A stretch of DNA of 64,000 nt from Patescibacteria group bacterium. Its GTDB lineage: Bacteria; Patescibacteriota; Minisyncoccia; Phycocordibacterales; Phycocordibacteraceae. The DNA lies in NCBI GenBank assembly GCA_028866135.1, contig JAGWIS010000001.1:13357-77356 (forward strand). The letters are read 5' to 3'. The notes beneath the pieces are model-generated. The model did not search any database. It saw nothing but the letters and a program-made list of their open reading frames with translations, and was not told the DNA's origin. Below, piece by piece: positions 36,746-47,488 of the stretch (positions are counted from its first letter, which is position 1; each line of letters opens with the position of its first letter). Both the position numbers and the translations under genes were made by a program.

Positions 36746-37747
36746 ATGATTCACTACTTTTCGGGAGAGCCGTGGGAGGAGGACTACGTGCGCGGGAAAT
36801 TCGCCGGAGAGGAAATCAGCTTTCATCAAGGAACCCTCGCCGCTTCTCCGGATCTTGCCGACCCAAACGCGCAAGTGCTCTGCACGTTCATCGACTCGCC
36901 GATAGGCAAAGCGGAGCTTGACCGCTTCCCCGCTCTAAAGCTCATCGCGACGCGCTCGACCGGCTTCGATCACATCGACCTTGCGGAAACGAGGAAGCGC
37001 GGCATCGTTGTGGCAAACGTGCCCTTCTATGGTGAGAATACCGTCGCTGAATTCGCCTTCGCGCTCCTTCTCGCGCTCTCGCGACGCATCATCGACGCCG
37101 ACGAGCGCGTGCGCGAAGCAGGCACCTTCTCCCCCATCGGGCTGCGCGGCTTCGATCTCGCCGGAAAGACGCTCGGCGTCGTCGGCACCGGGCACATCGG
37201 CGCGCACGTGATCCGCATGGCGAAAGGCTTCGGCATGAAAGTCATCTGCTTCGACGCATATCCGAATGCGGACCTCTCCCACACGCTCGATTTCCCGTAC
37301 GTTTCGCTCCAAGAATTGCTCGCGACTTCCGACATCATTACCCTCCACGTCCCCTACAACAAAGAGACGCACCATCTCATCAGCCGGGAGAATCTCGCGC
37401 AGGTGAAAAAAGGCGCGTACCTTATCAACACCGCCCGCGGCGCGGTCGTCGAAACGGCGGCGCTCGTCGAAGCGCTTCAAAGCGGAGCAGTCGCAGGCGC
37501 CGCGCTCGACGTCCTCGAAGAAGAAGGCGCGCTCTCCGACGAGGCGGCATTTCTCACGTCTGATCACCCAAGCGAAGAGCGGATGAAGACCGCGCTCGCC
37601 GATCACTACCTCATCAATCATCCCCGCGTCATCGTGACGCCCCATCTCGCCTTTAATACGATTGAAGCGGTACGACGCATCCTCGATACGTCCATCGAGA
37701 ACATCCAGAACTTCATCAAGGGTTCGCCTACGAACGTCGTCTCTTGA
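36746..37747 (+). CDS. D-2-hydroxyacid dehydrogenase (D-lactate dehydrogenase-like)
   Basis: RSTGFDHID, VAEF, GTGHIG, INTARG, LDVLEEE, TPHLAFNT. Confidence 0.9.
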   Translation: MIHYFSGEPWEEDYVRGKFAGEEISFHQGTLAASPDLADPNAQVLCTFIDSPIGKAELDRFPALKLIATRSTGFDHIDLAETRKRGIVVANVPFYGENTVAEFAFALLLALSRRIIDADERVREAGTFSPIGLRGFDLAGKTLGVVGTGHIGAHVIRMAKGFGMKVICFDAYPNADLSHTLDFPYVSLQELLATSDIITLHVPYNKETHHLISRENLAQVKKGAYLINTARGAVVETAALVEALQSGAVAGAALDVLEEEGALSDEAAFLTSDHPSEERMKTALADHYLINHPRVIVTPHLAFNTIEAVRRILDTSIENIQNFIKGSPTNVVS

Positions 37748-37782
37748 AAAACGCCCGTTTCAGGGCGCTATACTGAAGCGGC

Positions 37783-38343
37783 ATGAATGAAAAGCTCTCG
37801 CAGAAGACCGACGAGGAGCTTGCTGCTTTGGTGCAAGGAAAGAATGAGGAGGCGTTCGGTGTACTTATGGATAGGTACCAGAAGAAACTTCTTCGCTACG
37901 GGAGAAGATTCCTTCTTGAGCTGGCGCCCATCGAAGATGTCGTTCAAGAGGTATTCATTAAAGCGTATGAAAACATCAGGAGCTTCGACACCACGAGACC
38001 CTTTTCGCCCTGGATATACCGTATCGCCCATAACATGTTTATAAATACGTTGAGGAAGAATAGCCGTACGCCGTTTATCACGATCGACCTTGATACGATC
38101 TCGGCGCACGCCGCCTATGAGATCGATCCGGCGGAAGACGAGGAGCAAGCGCATACGCGCGCGCTCATCGATCGCGGATTGGAAAAACTCCCTCCTATCT
38201 ACCGCGAAGTGATCATTCTCTATTATCTTGAGCAGCTCTCTTATCAGGAAATCGCGGAGGTGCTTCGCGTGCCTCTTGGAACCGTCGGCATCCGCCTCTC
38301 TCGAGCGCGGGAGGCGCTTCGAACCTATGTTGAAGGAGAATGA
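37783..38343 (+). CDS. ECF sigma factor
   Basis: EDVVQEVFIKAY, FSPWIYRIAHN, LSYQEIAEVL..PLGTV. Confidence 0.92.
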   Translation: MNEKLSQKTDEELAALVQGKNEEAFGVLMDRYQKKLLRYGRRFLLELAPIEDVVQEVFIKAYENIRSFDTTRPFSPWIYRIAHNMFINTLRKNSRTPFITIDLDTISAHAAYEIDPAEDEEQAHTRALIDRGLEKLPPIYREVIILYYLEQLSYQEIAEVLRVPLGTVGIRLSRAREALRTYVEGE

Positions 38344-39037
38344 CATTCGGAAAAGCGTGCTCGAGAAGATCCGCTCGGGTGAGGTCCCCATGCGCTCCCG
38401 GGCGTATTTCGCGCTGCGCACCGTCCTTGTCGTTGTTATGTCTCTGCTCATGCTTGCCGCCGCCCTCTTCGCGCTCAGCTTCATGTCCTTCAGCGTGCAC
38501 GAGAGCGGGGTGCGGTTCCTGCTCGAGTTCGGCGAGCACGGACTCGTAGCGTTCGTCGCGCTCTTTCCGTGGCATCTCCTCCTCATTTCCCTGCTCATTC
38601 TCGTCATCCTCGAATTCCTGCTCAACCGCTTCACCCCCGCATACCGGTTCCCGTTCCTGCGCACCTTCCTGTGGATACTCGTCGCCCTCATCGCCGGCAG
38701 CACGCTCGTAGGATTCACGCCGCTGCATTCCTTCCTCCTCTCGGAGGCAGATAGAAACGAGCTTCCGGTCCTCGGCCCCTTCTACGAACAGGTCCACGAC
38801 TCGCATCAGGAACAGGGCGTCTACCGCGGAAGCGTTTCCTCCGTCGACGCATCGGGGTTCATCATTGCGCATGACGACAGCGACAAAGATTCGGACGAAG
38901 GGTCATGGCACATCGTCCCACCTCCAGGATTCGATCTCGGCACGCTCTCGGTCGGCGAGAAAGTCTACGTCGGAGGACGCCTGCAAAGCGGAGTCGTATA
39001 CGCATACGGCGTCCACTCCCTTTCGGGTGAGGAGTAA
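38327..39037 (+). CDS. Membrane protein, probable anti-sigma factor
   Basis: Overlaps the sigma factor stop; three TM segments plus a small beta-rich C-terminal domain. Confidence 0.65.
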   Translation: MLKENDIRKSVLEKIRSGEVPMRSRAYFALRTVLVVVMSLLMLAAALFALSFMSFSVHESGVRFLLEFGEHGLVAFVALFPWHLLLISLLILVILEFLLNRFTPAYRFPFLRTFLWILVALIAGSTLVGFTPLHSFLLSEADRNELPVLGPFYEQVHDSHQEQGVYRGSVSSVDASGFIIAHDDSDKDSDEGSWHIVPPPGFDLGTLSVGEKVYVGGRLQSGVVYAYGVHSLSGEE

Positions 39038-39081
39038 TGTGAAATACCCGGTCGTATCCGCGCGTATCTACAGTATTGCCT

Positions 39082-39705
39082 ATGAACGCGCCAGAAAGAG
39101 CTTCCGCCGTCCGGACGATAGCGCGGCCTCCCCTTACGAAAAGCAAGCGCTCGCTTTCTTTGGGATTCCTGTTCGTCTCCGCCGCATACGTCGTGTGGCA
39201 GTACTTCGGCGGCCCGCAAGCCGCGGCGATAGACTCCGTCGCATCGAGCCAGACGACGCCCGCTCCCCTCACTCCTGGCCAGTCCTACAAGGCCGCAAGC
39301 GAGGCGCTTTTGCAGACCCTCTCCGCCTTACCCGCAGCTTCCCCCGCTTCCAACCCTCCGCAAGCAAAAACTCCCGCTCCGGCGATGCAACCTCCTCCCG
39401 CTCCGCGGCAGATCGGGGGACTCTACGCCGACGGTTCCTACGCCGGCAGCCCGGCGGACGCATACTACGGCACCGTGCAGGTGAAGGCGGTCGTGCAAAA
39501 CGGACGGATCGCCGATGTGCAATTCCTCCAGTACCCGAGCGATCGCAGCACTTCCCGTTACATCAACGGCCAGGCGATGCCGCTCCTGACCCAGGAAGCC
39601 ATTCGGGCGCAGAGCGCGCAGGTCGACGGCGTCTCCGGCGCGACCTTCACGAGCCAGGCGTTCGCGGAATCGCTCGCCGCGGCGCTCGCGCAGGCGAAAA
39701 AATGA
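39082..39705 (+). CDS. Extracytosolic FMN-binding domain protein
   Basis: TM anchor, YADGSY.G, YYGTVQV, flavinylation motif DGVSGATFTS. Confidence 0.9.
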   Translation: MNAPERASAVRTIARPPLTKSKRSLSLGFLFVSAAYVVWQYFGGPQAAAIDSVASSQTTPAPLTPGQSYKAASEALLQTLSALPAASPASNPPQAKTPAPAMQPPPAPRQIGGLYADGSYAGSPADAYYGTVQVKAVVQNGRIADVQFLQYPSDRSTSRYINGQAMPLLTQEAIRAQSAQVDGVSGATFTSQAFAESLAAALAQAKK

Positions 39706-39706
39706 G

Positions 39707-41221
39707 ATGACCTTCGTCGACGACATCCTCGATCGGATCACGATGTACCGCCTCGTGCTTTACTACCTCGCGGCGCTCCTCGTCGCGGGGGCTTTCTTCG
39801 CGTTCTTCGGCGCGCTCTCCTTCAATCCCGCGAATCTCGCGTTCTCGACGCTCATCATCCTCGGGACATGCTGGGTCACGAACGCCGTATTCGCGAAAGG
39901 ATTCGGCGCGGCGCCAAACGTCGAGTCGATCTACATCACGGGCTTCATCCTGGCGCTCATCATCACGCCCGTCTCCTCTACCGACTACGCCGGCGTCGGC
40001 TTCCTCGTCTTCGCATCGGCATGGGCGATGGCATCGAAATACCTGATAGCCGCCGGCAACAAGCACCTGTTCAACCCGGCGGCCTTCGGCGTCGCGCTCT
40101 CGGCGCTTGTAATCAACCACTCGGCGACTTGGTGGGTCGGCGGCAATCTCCCGCTCCTCCCCTTCGTATTCTTCGGAGGACTGCTCATCGTCCGGAAAAT
40201 CCGTCGATTCGATCTCGTCGCGTCATTTTCAATCGCGGCACTTCTCACTATCGTCCTTACCTCCGGCAGCAGCGATTATCTGGCTCCCGTGGCGCAGACA
40301 TTCCTCCATTCGTCATTCTTCTTTTTCGCTTTCGTCATGCTCACCGAGCCCTTGACCATGCCGCCCAATCGGCTGCTGCGGATTCTCTATGGAGCCATCG
40401 TCGGATTTTTCTTCGCCCCCGCCATCCACCTCGGCTCCTTCTACTTCACGCCTGAGCTCGCGCTTCTCATCGGCAATCTCTTCGCGTATGCCGTGAGTCC
40501 GAAAGGGCGCTTTCTACTGACGCTCATTGAAAGAAATAACCTCGGCACGGGCGCCTATGAATTCGTATTTGCGCCGGATCGAGCGTTCACGTTCCGACCG
40601 GGACAATACATGGAATGGACACTCGGGCACCGTTTCCCCGACGATCGCGGCAATCGCCGCTACTTCACCATCGCCTCTTCTCCGACTGAAGATACGGTGC
40701 GGCTCGGGGTGAAGTTTTACGCGCCGGAAAGCAGCTACAAGCGCGCGCTGTGGAATATGCAGCTCGGCGACACCGTATCCGCCTCCCATCTCGCTGGAGA
40801 TTTCATCCTGCCAAAAGACACTGCGAAGAAGCTGGTATTCATCGCCGGAGGCATCGGCGTGACGCCGTTCCGCAGCATGGTGCAGTACCTCATGGATATG
40901 AAAGAAAAACGCTCCGTCGTGCTGCTCTACGCGAACAAGACGGCAGCTGAAATCGCATATAAGGGCGTCTTCGATACGGCGGGACGCGCAATCGGCATGA
41001 AAACTGTGTACGCTCTTTCGAACGAACCGAATCCGGTGCCTGGCATCTATGCCGGCATGATTGACGGAGCGCTCATCAAGCGGGAAATTCCCGACTACAA
41101 AGAGCGCACTTTTTATATTTCCGGCCCCCACGGCATGATCACCGCGTTTCAGAAGGTGCTTCGGGAGATGGGCGTCTCGCCGCTGCGCATCAGGACGGAT
41201 TACTTCCCCGGCTTTGCCTGA
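39707..41221 (+). CDS. RnfD/NqrB-like membrane domain fused to an FNR-type NAD(P)H oxidoreductase
   Basis: SKYLI...KHLFNPAAFG, MLTEPLT; FRPGQY, RRYFTIASSP, AGGIGVTPF, YISGP. Confidence 0.88.
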   Translation: MTFVDDILDRITMYRLVLYYLAALLVAGAFFAFFGALSFNPANLAFSTLIILGTCWVTNAVFAKGFGAAPNVESIYITGFILALIITPVSSTDYAGVGFLVFASAWAMASKYLIAAGNKHLFNPAAFGVALSALVINHSATWWVGGNLPLLPFVFFGGLLIVRKIRRFDLVASFSIAALLTIVLTSGSSDYLAPVAQTFLHSSFFFFAFVMLTEPLTMPPNRLLRILYGAIVGFFFAPAIHLGSFYFTPELALLIGNLFAYAVSPKGRFLLTLIERNNLGTGAYEFVFAPDRAFTFRPGQYMEWTLGHRFPDDRGNRRYFTIASSPTEDTVRLGVKFYAPESSYKRALWNMQLGDTVSASHLAGDFILPKDTAKKLVFIAGGIGVTPFRSMVQYLMDMKEKRSVVLLYANKTAAEIAYKGVFDTAGRAIGMKTVYALSNEPNPVPGIYAGMIDGALIKREIPDYKERTFYISGPHGMITAFQKVLREMGVSPLRIRTDYFPGFA

Positions 41222-42129
41222 TGGGCGCCCGCGCCGCTATACTTCTTCGCATGCTTCCCCGGCTCCGCACGCTCGCCCTCCTTGTCGTCTTGTGCGCCGC
41301 GGTCTCGGCAGGCGTGTTCCTGGTTGCGCATGACCTCCTCGGCACGTACCGTCTCGCTCTGCATGTCTTTTCGCAAAACGAAGCGGCGTATGCCGAATTC
41401 GGCACCGTTTCGGCGGAAGTCGCCGCGGGAAGCGCCGCCTCCGCCCGGAGCGTGTACGTGCCGATCCTCGTCTATCACATCGTCCGCCCGAGCTATCCGA
41501 GCGACAGCGCCGCCGTGCGCCGGCTCGCGCTCACGCCGGAAACCTTCGACGCCGAACTGTCGCATCTGTCCGAAGCCGGGTATCGCGTCGTTTCTTTTGG
41601 CGACCTCGAAGCGTATTTCGCGAGCGGCACGCCGCTTCCGGCAAAGCCGATACTGCTATCGTTCGACGACGGCTGGCAAAATCAGTTCACCTACGCGTTT
41701 CCAATCCTCAAGAAGCACGGATTTTCGGCGACGTTTTTCGTATTCACGAATGCGATCGGCCGGCGCGGATTCATGACGTGGGACGAGCTTAAGCGGATGC
41801 GGGAGGCGGGGATGACGATCGGCGCCCACAGCCGCTCCCACCCATACCTCACGAAAATCGCCGACCCGGCCGCGCTATGGGACGAGATAGCCGGCAGCAA
41901 GGCAGTGCTCGAACAGCGTCTCGGCGTGCCCGTCACCGTATTCGCGTATCCCTTCGGGCAATACGATCCATCCGTCGTGGCGGACGTGGCCCGGGCCGGC
42001 TACCGCCTCGCGCGCGGGGATTTCTACGCGGGAGGTATGGTCTCGGCAGAGCGCCCCTATGAGCTCGGCGCGATGAACGCGCCGACGACCACGGAGCTCT
42101 TTGCGAAGAAATTCCCGGCCGCCCGCTAG
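41221..42129 (+). CDS. Polysaccharide deacetylase (IcaB/PgaB-like)
   Basis: PILVYH, SFDDG, GAHSRSH, FAYPFG; start may be 41251. Confidence 0.88.
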   Translation: MGARAAILLRMLPRLRTLALLVVLCAAVSAGVFLVAHDLLGTYRLALHVFSQNEAAYAEFGTVSAEVAAGSAASARSVYVPILVYHIVRPSYPSDSAAVRRLALTPETFDAELSHLSEAGYRVVSFGDLEAYFASGTPLPAKPILLSFDDGWQNQFTYAFPILKKHGFSATFFVFTNAIGRRGFMTWDELKRMREAGMTIGAHSRSHPYLTKIADPAALWDEIAGSKAVLEQRLGVPVTVFAYPFGQYDPSVVADVARAGYRLARGDFYAGGMVSAERPYELGAMNAPTTTELFAKKFPAAR

Positions 42130-42130
42130 C

Positions 42131-42697
42131 ATGGAAAAGCCCGATGAGGAGCTGGTTGTCGAGCATCTCGCAGGAAATGAAGAAGCATTCACGCTCCTTG
42201 TGAAGCGCCACCTGAAGGGGATCTACTCCTTCGTCGCGCGCCTGGCCGCAGAGGAGGCGGACGACATCGTGCAGGATACGTTCCTGAAAGCATGGAAGGG
42301 CTTGCGCTCCTACGACTCGCGAAGCGCGGCATTCAAGACGTGGCTTACGAGGATCGCGCGCAACGCCGCCATCGATCATCTGCGAAAAAAGAAGCCGCTC
42401 GTCTTTTCCGACTTCGGAGACGGAACCGAGGACGGCTTCCCGGACCCGGAAGATTCAGAACCACTGCCGGATGAGGCGTTCGCGCGAGCGGAAGACGCAC
42501 AAGCTCTTGAGGAGGCTCTCAAAAGCCTGCAGCCTCTCTATCGGGAGGTGATCCTTCTCCGCGATATGAGCCAATTGACGTTCGAAGAGATGGGCGCCGT
42601 CCTCGGCGCGCCTGTCAACACCGTGCGGAGCCGCTACCGCCGAGGGCTTGCCCGGATGAAGCGCCTTCTCGAGAGTGTGCACCAAAAAGGGATGTGA
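42131..42697 (+). CDS. ECF sigma factor
   Basis: DDIVQDTFLKAW, FKTWLTRIARN, PVNTVRSR. Confidence 0.92.
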   Translation: MEKPDEELVVEHLAGNEEAFTLLVKRHLKGIYSFVARLAAEEADDIVQDTFLKAWKGLRSYDSRSAAFKTWLTRIARNAAIDHLRKKKPLVFSDFGDGTEDGFPDPEDSEPLPDEAFARAEDAQALEEALKSLQPLYREVILLRDMSQLTFEEMGAVLGAPVNTVRSRYRRGLARMKRLLESVHQKGM

Positions 42698-42715
42698 CTT
42701 CGTATACATGGGTAC

Positions 42716-43114
42716 ATGGCTGGAAATCCAGGAACCCTCTTCAGGGAGATCGATCCGCCGCACGGACTCCTTCCCTCAGTCCTGGCGCGGATCGCGGTCG
42801 CGCGCCGCCGGGCCGCCCGTCTCCGGTTCGCGGCGTCCGGCACGCTTGCGCTCGTCTCCGTGCTCATTCTCGTCCCTGCCGTGCAGTATGCCGCAAGCGA
42901 ATTCTACGCCTCCGGATTCTCCGACTACGCCTCGCTCTTCTTCGATAGTCTTTCGGGAGGATTCTCCCGCGAGCTTCTCTACTCCCTCTTGGATTCCCTG
43001 CCCTCGCTTGCGCTCCTGATCCTTGCCTCCGCCGCCGGCGCGCTTCTATGGTCGCTCAAGCGTACGAATCGCGACGCGCGGATCGCTTTCGCTCCCCTCT
43101 CGTTACCGGCCTAG
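42716..43114 (+). CDS. Membrane protein, probable anti-sigma factor
   Basis: Follows the sigma factor; PPHGLLPSVLARI followed by two TM segments. Confidence 0.6.
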   Translation: MAGNPGTLFREIDPPHGLLPSVLARIAVARRRAARLRFAASGTLALVSVLILVPAVQYAASEFYASGFSDYASLFFDSLSGGFSRELLYSLLDSLPSLALLILASAAGALLWSLKRTNRDARIAFAPLSLPA

Positions 43115-43123
43115 CTCAGAACC

Positions 43124-43573
43124 ATGGGTACTCTTGAAACTATCCTGTCCTCGAAAAAAGTACGCCTCGCCGCGGGCGTGGTCGGGGCTCTCATCCTTGC
43201 GCTCCTCATTTTCCACGCGGGCGTCGTGGTCGGAGCGCATCGCGGATCATCTTTTCGCCGCGACGCAGACGGCGGATTCAGGCATCCGTTTTTCCCGGGC
43301 GGCTTCATGCTGCCGCACGGATTCATCCCGAACGCTCATGGCGCCGTCGGGACCGTCTCTGCCGTGTCGCTGCCGACATTCACCATCGAGACGCGTTATG
43401 GGACGAGCCAGACCATCCTCGTCGGCACGTCCACGATTCTTCGCGCCGCGGGAGACGCCTCTGCCACACGCATCTCTACGGGAGACAACGTCATCGTGCT
43501 TGGCGAGCCGGACGGCCAGGGTCGCATTACAGCGACCTTCATCCGCATCTTCTCCTCAGCGCAGAAACCATGA
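43124..43573 (+). CDS. Membrane-anchored protein with DUF5666-like beta domain
   Basis: HGAVGTVSAV...GDNVIVLGEP..GRITATFIRI. Confidence 0.65.
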   Translation: MGTLETILSSKKVRLAAGVVGALILALLIFHAGVVVGAHRGSSFRRDADGGFRHPFFPGGFMLPHGFIPNAHGAVGTVSAVSLPTFTIETRYGTSQTILVGTSTILRAAGDASATRISTGDNVIVLGEPDGQGRITATFIRIFSSAQKP

Positions 43574-45348
43574 CGATGAAAAAGATTCCGTCCTGGTTCT
43601 TTTTTGTAAAAGAGTACGCGGTCGCGCACAAGACGGTCGCCGCGATAGGGGCGCTCGTCGTGCTCTACGCCGGCTACCATGCCTACAGCATCATTACCGC
43701 CCCTTCGACCGCGCCCCGCTACGTTACGACGACGGTCTCGACCAGCACCGTCGTCGCCTTCATCGACGAGACCGGGCAGGTTTCCGCAAGTTCGAATATC
43801 GACGTGCAATCGAAGTCCTCCGGCGAAATACTGTCAATGCCCGTGACGGCGGGGCAGCATGTGGACGCCGGAGCGGCACTCGCCTATCTCGATCCCACGA
43901 CGGCCGAACAGAACGTATCAAGCGCCCGACAGGCGCTTGAGTTAGCGCAGATAGCGCTCGCCAAGCTCCAGGAACCGGCGACGGACTCCGCGCTCACAGC
44001 CGCGGAGAACGCGGTCGCGGCGGCACAGGCGAATCTCGTGAATGCGCATGAGACCGGCTACAACGACGTTTCCTCCTCGTTCCTCGATCTGCCAAACGCG
44101 ATCACCAGCCTCAACAGCGTCCTCCATGGCAACACCGTTCCGGGGCGCACGAATCAGCAGAACGAGAGCGCCTATAGCGACATGATCGTCTCGTACGACA
44201 GCGGCGTCGTGCAGTATGAGACCATCGCGGAGAACGCGTATCAGGCCGCCTACGCCGCGTACACACAGACGCTCTCCGATTTCAAGTCGACGCCGCGCGA
44301 TGCGGACGATGCGAAAATGGAAGCGCTGATCACCGAGTCGTATCAGACGGCCGCACTCATCTCCGACGCGCTCAAAGCCTCGACCAATTTCCTCAACTTC
44401 GTGAACACGACCCTTTCGAATCACCAGCTCACGCTCCCCTCCACGCTCGCCGCACACATAAGCTCCCTTACCGGCTACACGACGACGACCAATGGCCACG
44501 TCGCGGCGCTCTCGAGCGACGCGGCGAGCGTGACGAGCTCCGAGCGCTCGCTCGCGGCGGCGAAAGCGTCGCTTGCGGAACTTCAGGCTGGTGCCGATCC
44601 GCTCGACATCCAGTCAAGCCAGCTTTCAGTCCAGATGAAGCAGGATGCGCTTTCGGTGGCCGAACAGGATCTTGCGGACACGGTTGTCCGGGCGCCTTTT
44701 AGCGGCACCGTCGCGAAGCTCGACGTGCAGCAGTACCAGACGATCGGCAGCGGCACCGCGATCGCCACGATGGTGAGCGACAACCAGAGCGTAGCCGTGT
44801 CGGTAAACGAAGTGGACGCGGCAAAGCTCAAGGTCGGACAGAAAGCGACTCTTGCGTTCGACGCGCTGCCGGGCATTTCGATCGCCGGAACCGTCTCCTC
44901 GGTGAACACGATCGGGACGGTCTCCTCCGGCGTCGTCTCCTACGGAGCCGTCATCACGTTCGACACGCCGAACCCAAGCGTGAAGCCCGGCATGAGCGCG
45001 ACCGCGAACATCGTCATCGGCACCGAAACAGGCCTTCTCGTGCCGCAAAGCGCGGTGAAGACGTCCGGCGGCCAGAAATACGTCGAGGTGTTTAATCCCC
45101 CGCTTGCCGGGAGTACCTCGAGCGCGGGGGCCGTCTCGGGAACGGCGCCGGAGCGAATAACTGTTGTCACCGGCCTTTCCGACGACACGAACATCGTCAT
45201 CGAAAACGGCCTCGCTGCCGGCGCCCAGGTCGTCGAGAGGACGATCGCGGGAGCGGCCGCGGCGCCGACAAGCGCCGCCCAGAGCACGTCGATCTTCGGC
45301 GCGGGACGCGGCGGCATCGGCGGCGGAGCGCGGGTTCTCACGCCATGA
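43570..45348 (+). CDS. MacA/HlyD-type membrane fusion (adaptor) protein
   Basis: TM anchor, lipoyl halves, long coiled coil, [16 protein letters not shown]. Confidence 0.88.
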   Translation: MTMKKIPSWFFFVKEYAVAHKTVAAIGALVVLYAGYHAYSIITAPSTAPRYVTTTVSTSTVVAFIDETGQVSASSNIDVQSKSSGEILSMPVTAGQHVDAGAALAYLDPTTAEQNVSSARQALELAQIALAKLQEPATDSALTAAENAVAAAQANLVNAHETGYNDVSSSFLDLPNAITSLNSVLHGNTVPGRTNQQNESAYSDMIVSYDSGVVQYETIAENAYQAAYAAYTQTLSDFKSTPRDADDAKMEALITESYQTAALISDALKASTNFLNFVNTTLSNHQLTLPSTLAAHISSLTGYTTTTNGHVAALSSDAASVTSSERSLAAAKASLAELQAGADPLDIQSSQLSVQMKQDALSVAEQDLADTVVRAPFSGTVAKLDVQQYQTIGSGTAIATMVSDNQSVAVSVNEVDAAKLKVGQKATLAFDALPGISIAGTVSSVNTIGTVSSGVVSYGAVITFDTPNPSVKPGMSATANIVIGTETGLLVPQSAVKTSGGQKYVEVFNPPLAGSTSSAGAVSGTAPERITVVTGLSDDTNIVIENGLAAGAQVVERTIAGAAAAPTSAAQSTSIFGAGRGGIGGGARVLTP

Positions 45349-46082
45349 TCGAGTTCAGGAACATCACCAAAACGTACGGCGCCGGCCCCGAGGCGTACGC
45401 CGCTCTTCGCGGCGTTTCTTTTTCCATCGACGAGGGAGAGTTTGTCGCGATCATGGGCCCCTCGGGAAGCGGCAAGTCCACGCTGATGCACATCCTCGGA
45501 TGCCTCGACACGCCGACCTCGGGCATCTATGAGCTCGACGGGAAAGATGTCTCGACGATGAGCGACGACGAGCTCGCCTTGATTCGCAAAGACAAGATCG
45601 GTTTCGTTTTCCAGTCCTTCAACCTCCTCCCCCGCACGACGGTCCTCCGGAACGTCGTGCTGCCGCTCGTCTACGCCGGCATCCCGCCCGAGGAGCGCGA
45701 TACGCGGGCCGCGGCGGCGCTTACCGCCGCCGGGCTCACCGAAGAGCACTTTCTCCATCTCTCGAACCAGCTCTCGGGCGGGCAGGTTCAACGGGTGGCC
45801 ATCGCTCGCGCGCTCGTGAACGACCCCGCGCTCATCCTTGCCGACGAACCGACCGGGAATCTCGACAGCCGGACGAGCCTGGTCGTGCTCGGCACCCTGC
45901 AGGAGCTCAACAGGAAACACGGACGTACGATCATCCTCATCACGCACGAGCCGGACATCGCCGAGCACGCCGATCGCATCATCCGCCTTCGGGACGGCCT
46001 CATCGTCTCCGACGAGAAGAACGCCGCGCCGCGCGACGCGGCGCGGGAGACGAAACTGTACGACGAACCCGCCCGCGTATGA
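45345..46082 (+). CDS. MacB/LolD-type ABC ATPase
   Basis: [36 protein letters not shown]. Confidence 0.93.
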   Translation: MIEFRNITKTYGAGPEAYAALRGVSFSIDEGEFVAIMGPSGSGKSTLMHILGCLDTPTSGIYELDGKDVSTMSDDELALIRKDKIGFVFQSFNLLPRTTVLRNVVLPLVYAGIPPEERDTRAAAALTAAGLTEEHFLHLSNQLSGGQVQRVAIARALVNDPALILADEPTGNLDSRTSLVVLGTLQELNRKHGRTIILITHEPDIAEHADRIIRLRDGLIVSDEKNAAPRDAARETKLYDEPARV

Positions 46083-46226
46083 CCCGACACACTGAAAAGG
46101 CGTTGTCCGACACTTTGCGGCAAAGTGTCGGACGCTGTGCTGTACCTCGCGATATGGAAAGAACGCCGTGCGTGGTTCTGCCAGTAACAGCATATGGGGC
46201 ATGCGACGCCTTTTAGTGTGACGGGT

Positions 46227-47462
46227 ATGAGAACCCGCGACATCCTGCAGGAAACGTACGCTGCCCTGTCCGCAAATAAAGTGCGGTCGGGCCTCACCGT
46301 GCTCGGCATCGTCATCGGCATCGCATCGGTCATCGCGCTCACCGCGATCGGCCAGGGCGCGCAGAGTTCGGTACAGGCATCGATCGAATCGATCGGCTCG
46401 AATCTCATCGAGGTGCTCCCGGGGGTGGCGCGGCAGATCGGTTTCGGCGCGTCAGGCGGGCGCGGCACGGCCCGTTCGCTCACGCCCGCGGATGAAGACG
46501 CGATCGCGCTCGTCGCGAATGTCGCCGCCGTCTCGGGCGAATATTCAGGCCGTTATCAGATCGCGGCGGCGGGCGCCAACACGAACACCTCGGTCGTCGG
46601 CGTGAATGCCGCGTATGCCACGATACGCAATCTGGTCATGGACCAGGGCTCCTTCATCACCGACAGCCAATCGACGTCGCTCGCGAAAGTCGCCGTCGTG
46701 GGGCCGACCGTCGTCACCGACCTCTTCGGCGCGACGGCCGCCGCGAGCGACGCGCTCGGAGAGCACATCCGCCTCAACAACCTTCTGTTCACGATCGTCG
46801 GCGTCACCAAGACGAAAGGAAGCTCCGGTTTCGGCAATCAGGACGACACCGTCTACGTCCCGCTCGGGACGGCGCTCCAGTATTTCGCCGGAACCGGCAA
46901 CGACTACCTCTCGACGATCGATATCCAGGCGGCGAGCCAGGCGAGCATGACGCAAGTGCAGAACGATGTCACGGCGCTCCTCATGACGCGGCATAATATA
47001 AGCGATCCGACGAAAGCCGATTTCAGCATCCTCAACCAGGCGGATATCGTTTCCGCCGCGTCGAGCGTAACGCAGACCTTCACCATCCTCCTTGCGGCGG
47101 TCGCGGGCATCTCGCTTCTCGTCGGCGGCATCGGCATCATGAACATGATGCTCACGACCGTGACCGAACGCATGCGGGAGATCGGCCTCCGGAAAGCGAT
47201 CGGGGCGACGAAGTCGGATATCAACCGCCAGTTCCTCGCGGAAGCGGTCGCGCTCACGTTCGTCGGCGGCGCGATAGGCATCGCGCTCGGCTGGAGCATC
47301 TCCTCCGTCATCACGCTCCTCGGTCTCGTGGCGGCGCAGGTGACGCTCTCCTCGATCCTGCTCGCCTTCGGCGTCTCGGCGGCTATCGGCATCGTCTTCG
47401 GCTGGTACCCCGCTCGCAGGGCGTCAAATCTTAATCCCATCGATGCCCTGCGCTATGAGTAG
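46227..47462 (+). CDS. MacB-type ABC permease
   Basis: RSGLTVLGIVIGI, GGIGIMNMML..VTER.REIGLRKAIGA, PIDALRYE. Confidence 0.93.
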   Translation: MRTRDILQETYAALSANKVRSGLTVLGIVIGIASVIALTAIGQGAQSSVQASIESIGSNLIEVLPGVARQIGFGASGGRGTARSLTPADEDAIALVANVAAVSGEYSGRYQIAAAGANTNTSVVGVNAAYATIRNLVMDQGSFITDSQSTSLAKVAVVGPTVVTDLFGATAAASDALGEHIRLNNLLFTIVGVTKTKGSSGFGNQDDTVYVPLGTALQYFAGTGNDYLSTIDIQAASQASMTQVQNDVTALLMTRHNISDPTKADFSILNQADIVSAASSVTQTFTILLAAVAGISLLVGGIGIMNMMLTTVTERMREIGLRKAIGATKSDINRQFLAEAVALTFVGGAIGIALGWSISSVITLLGLVAAQVTLSSILLAFGVSAAIGIVFGWYPARRASNLNPIDALRYE

Positions 47463-47488
47463 GGCTTATCGTAAAAATAATTGAACCT

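Noticed and set aside
46105-46133. 13-bp perfect hairpin between the MacB ATPase and permease as a mobile element
   Set aside because: Single copy with no shared termini; could equally be a terminator or mRNA stabiliser.
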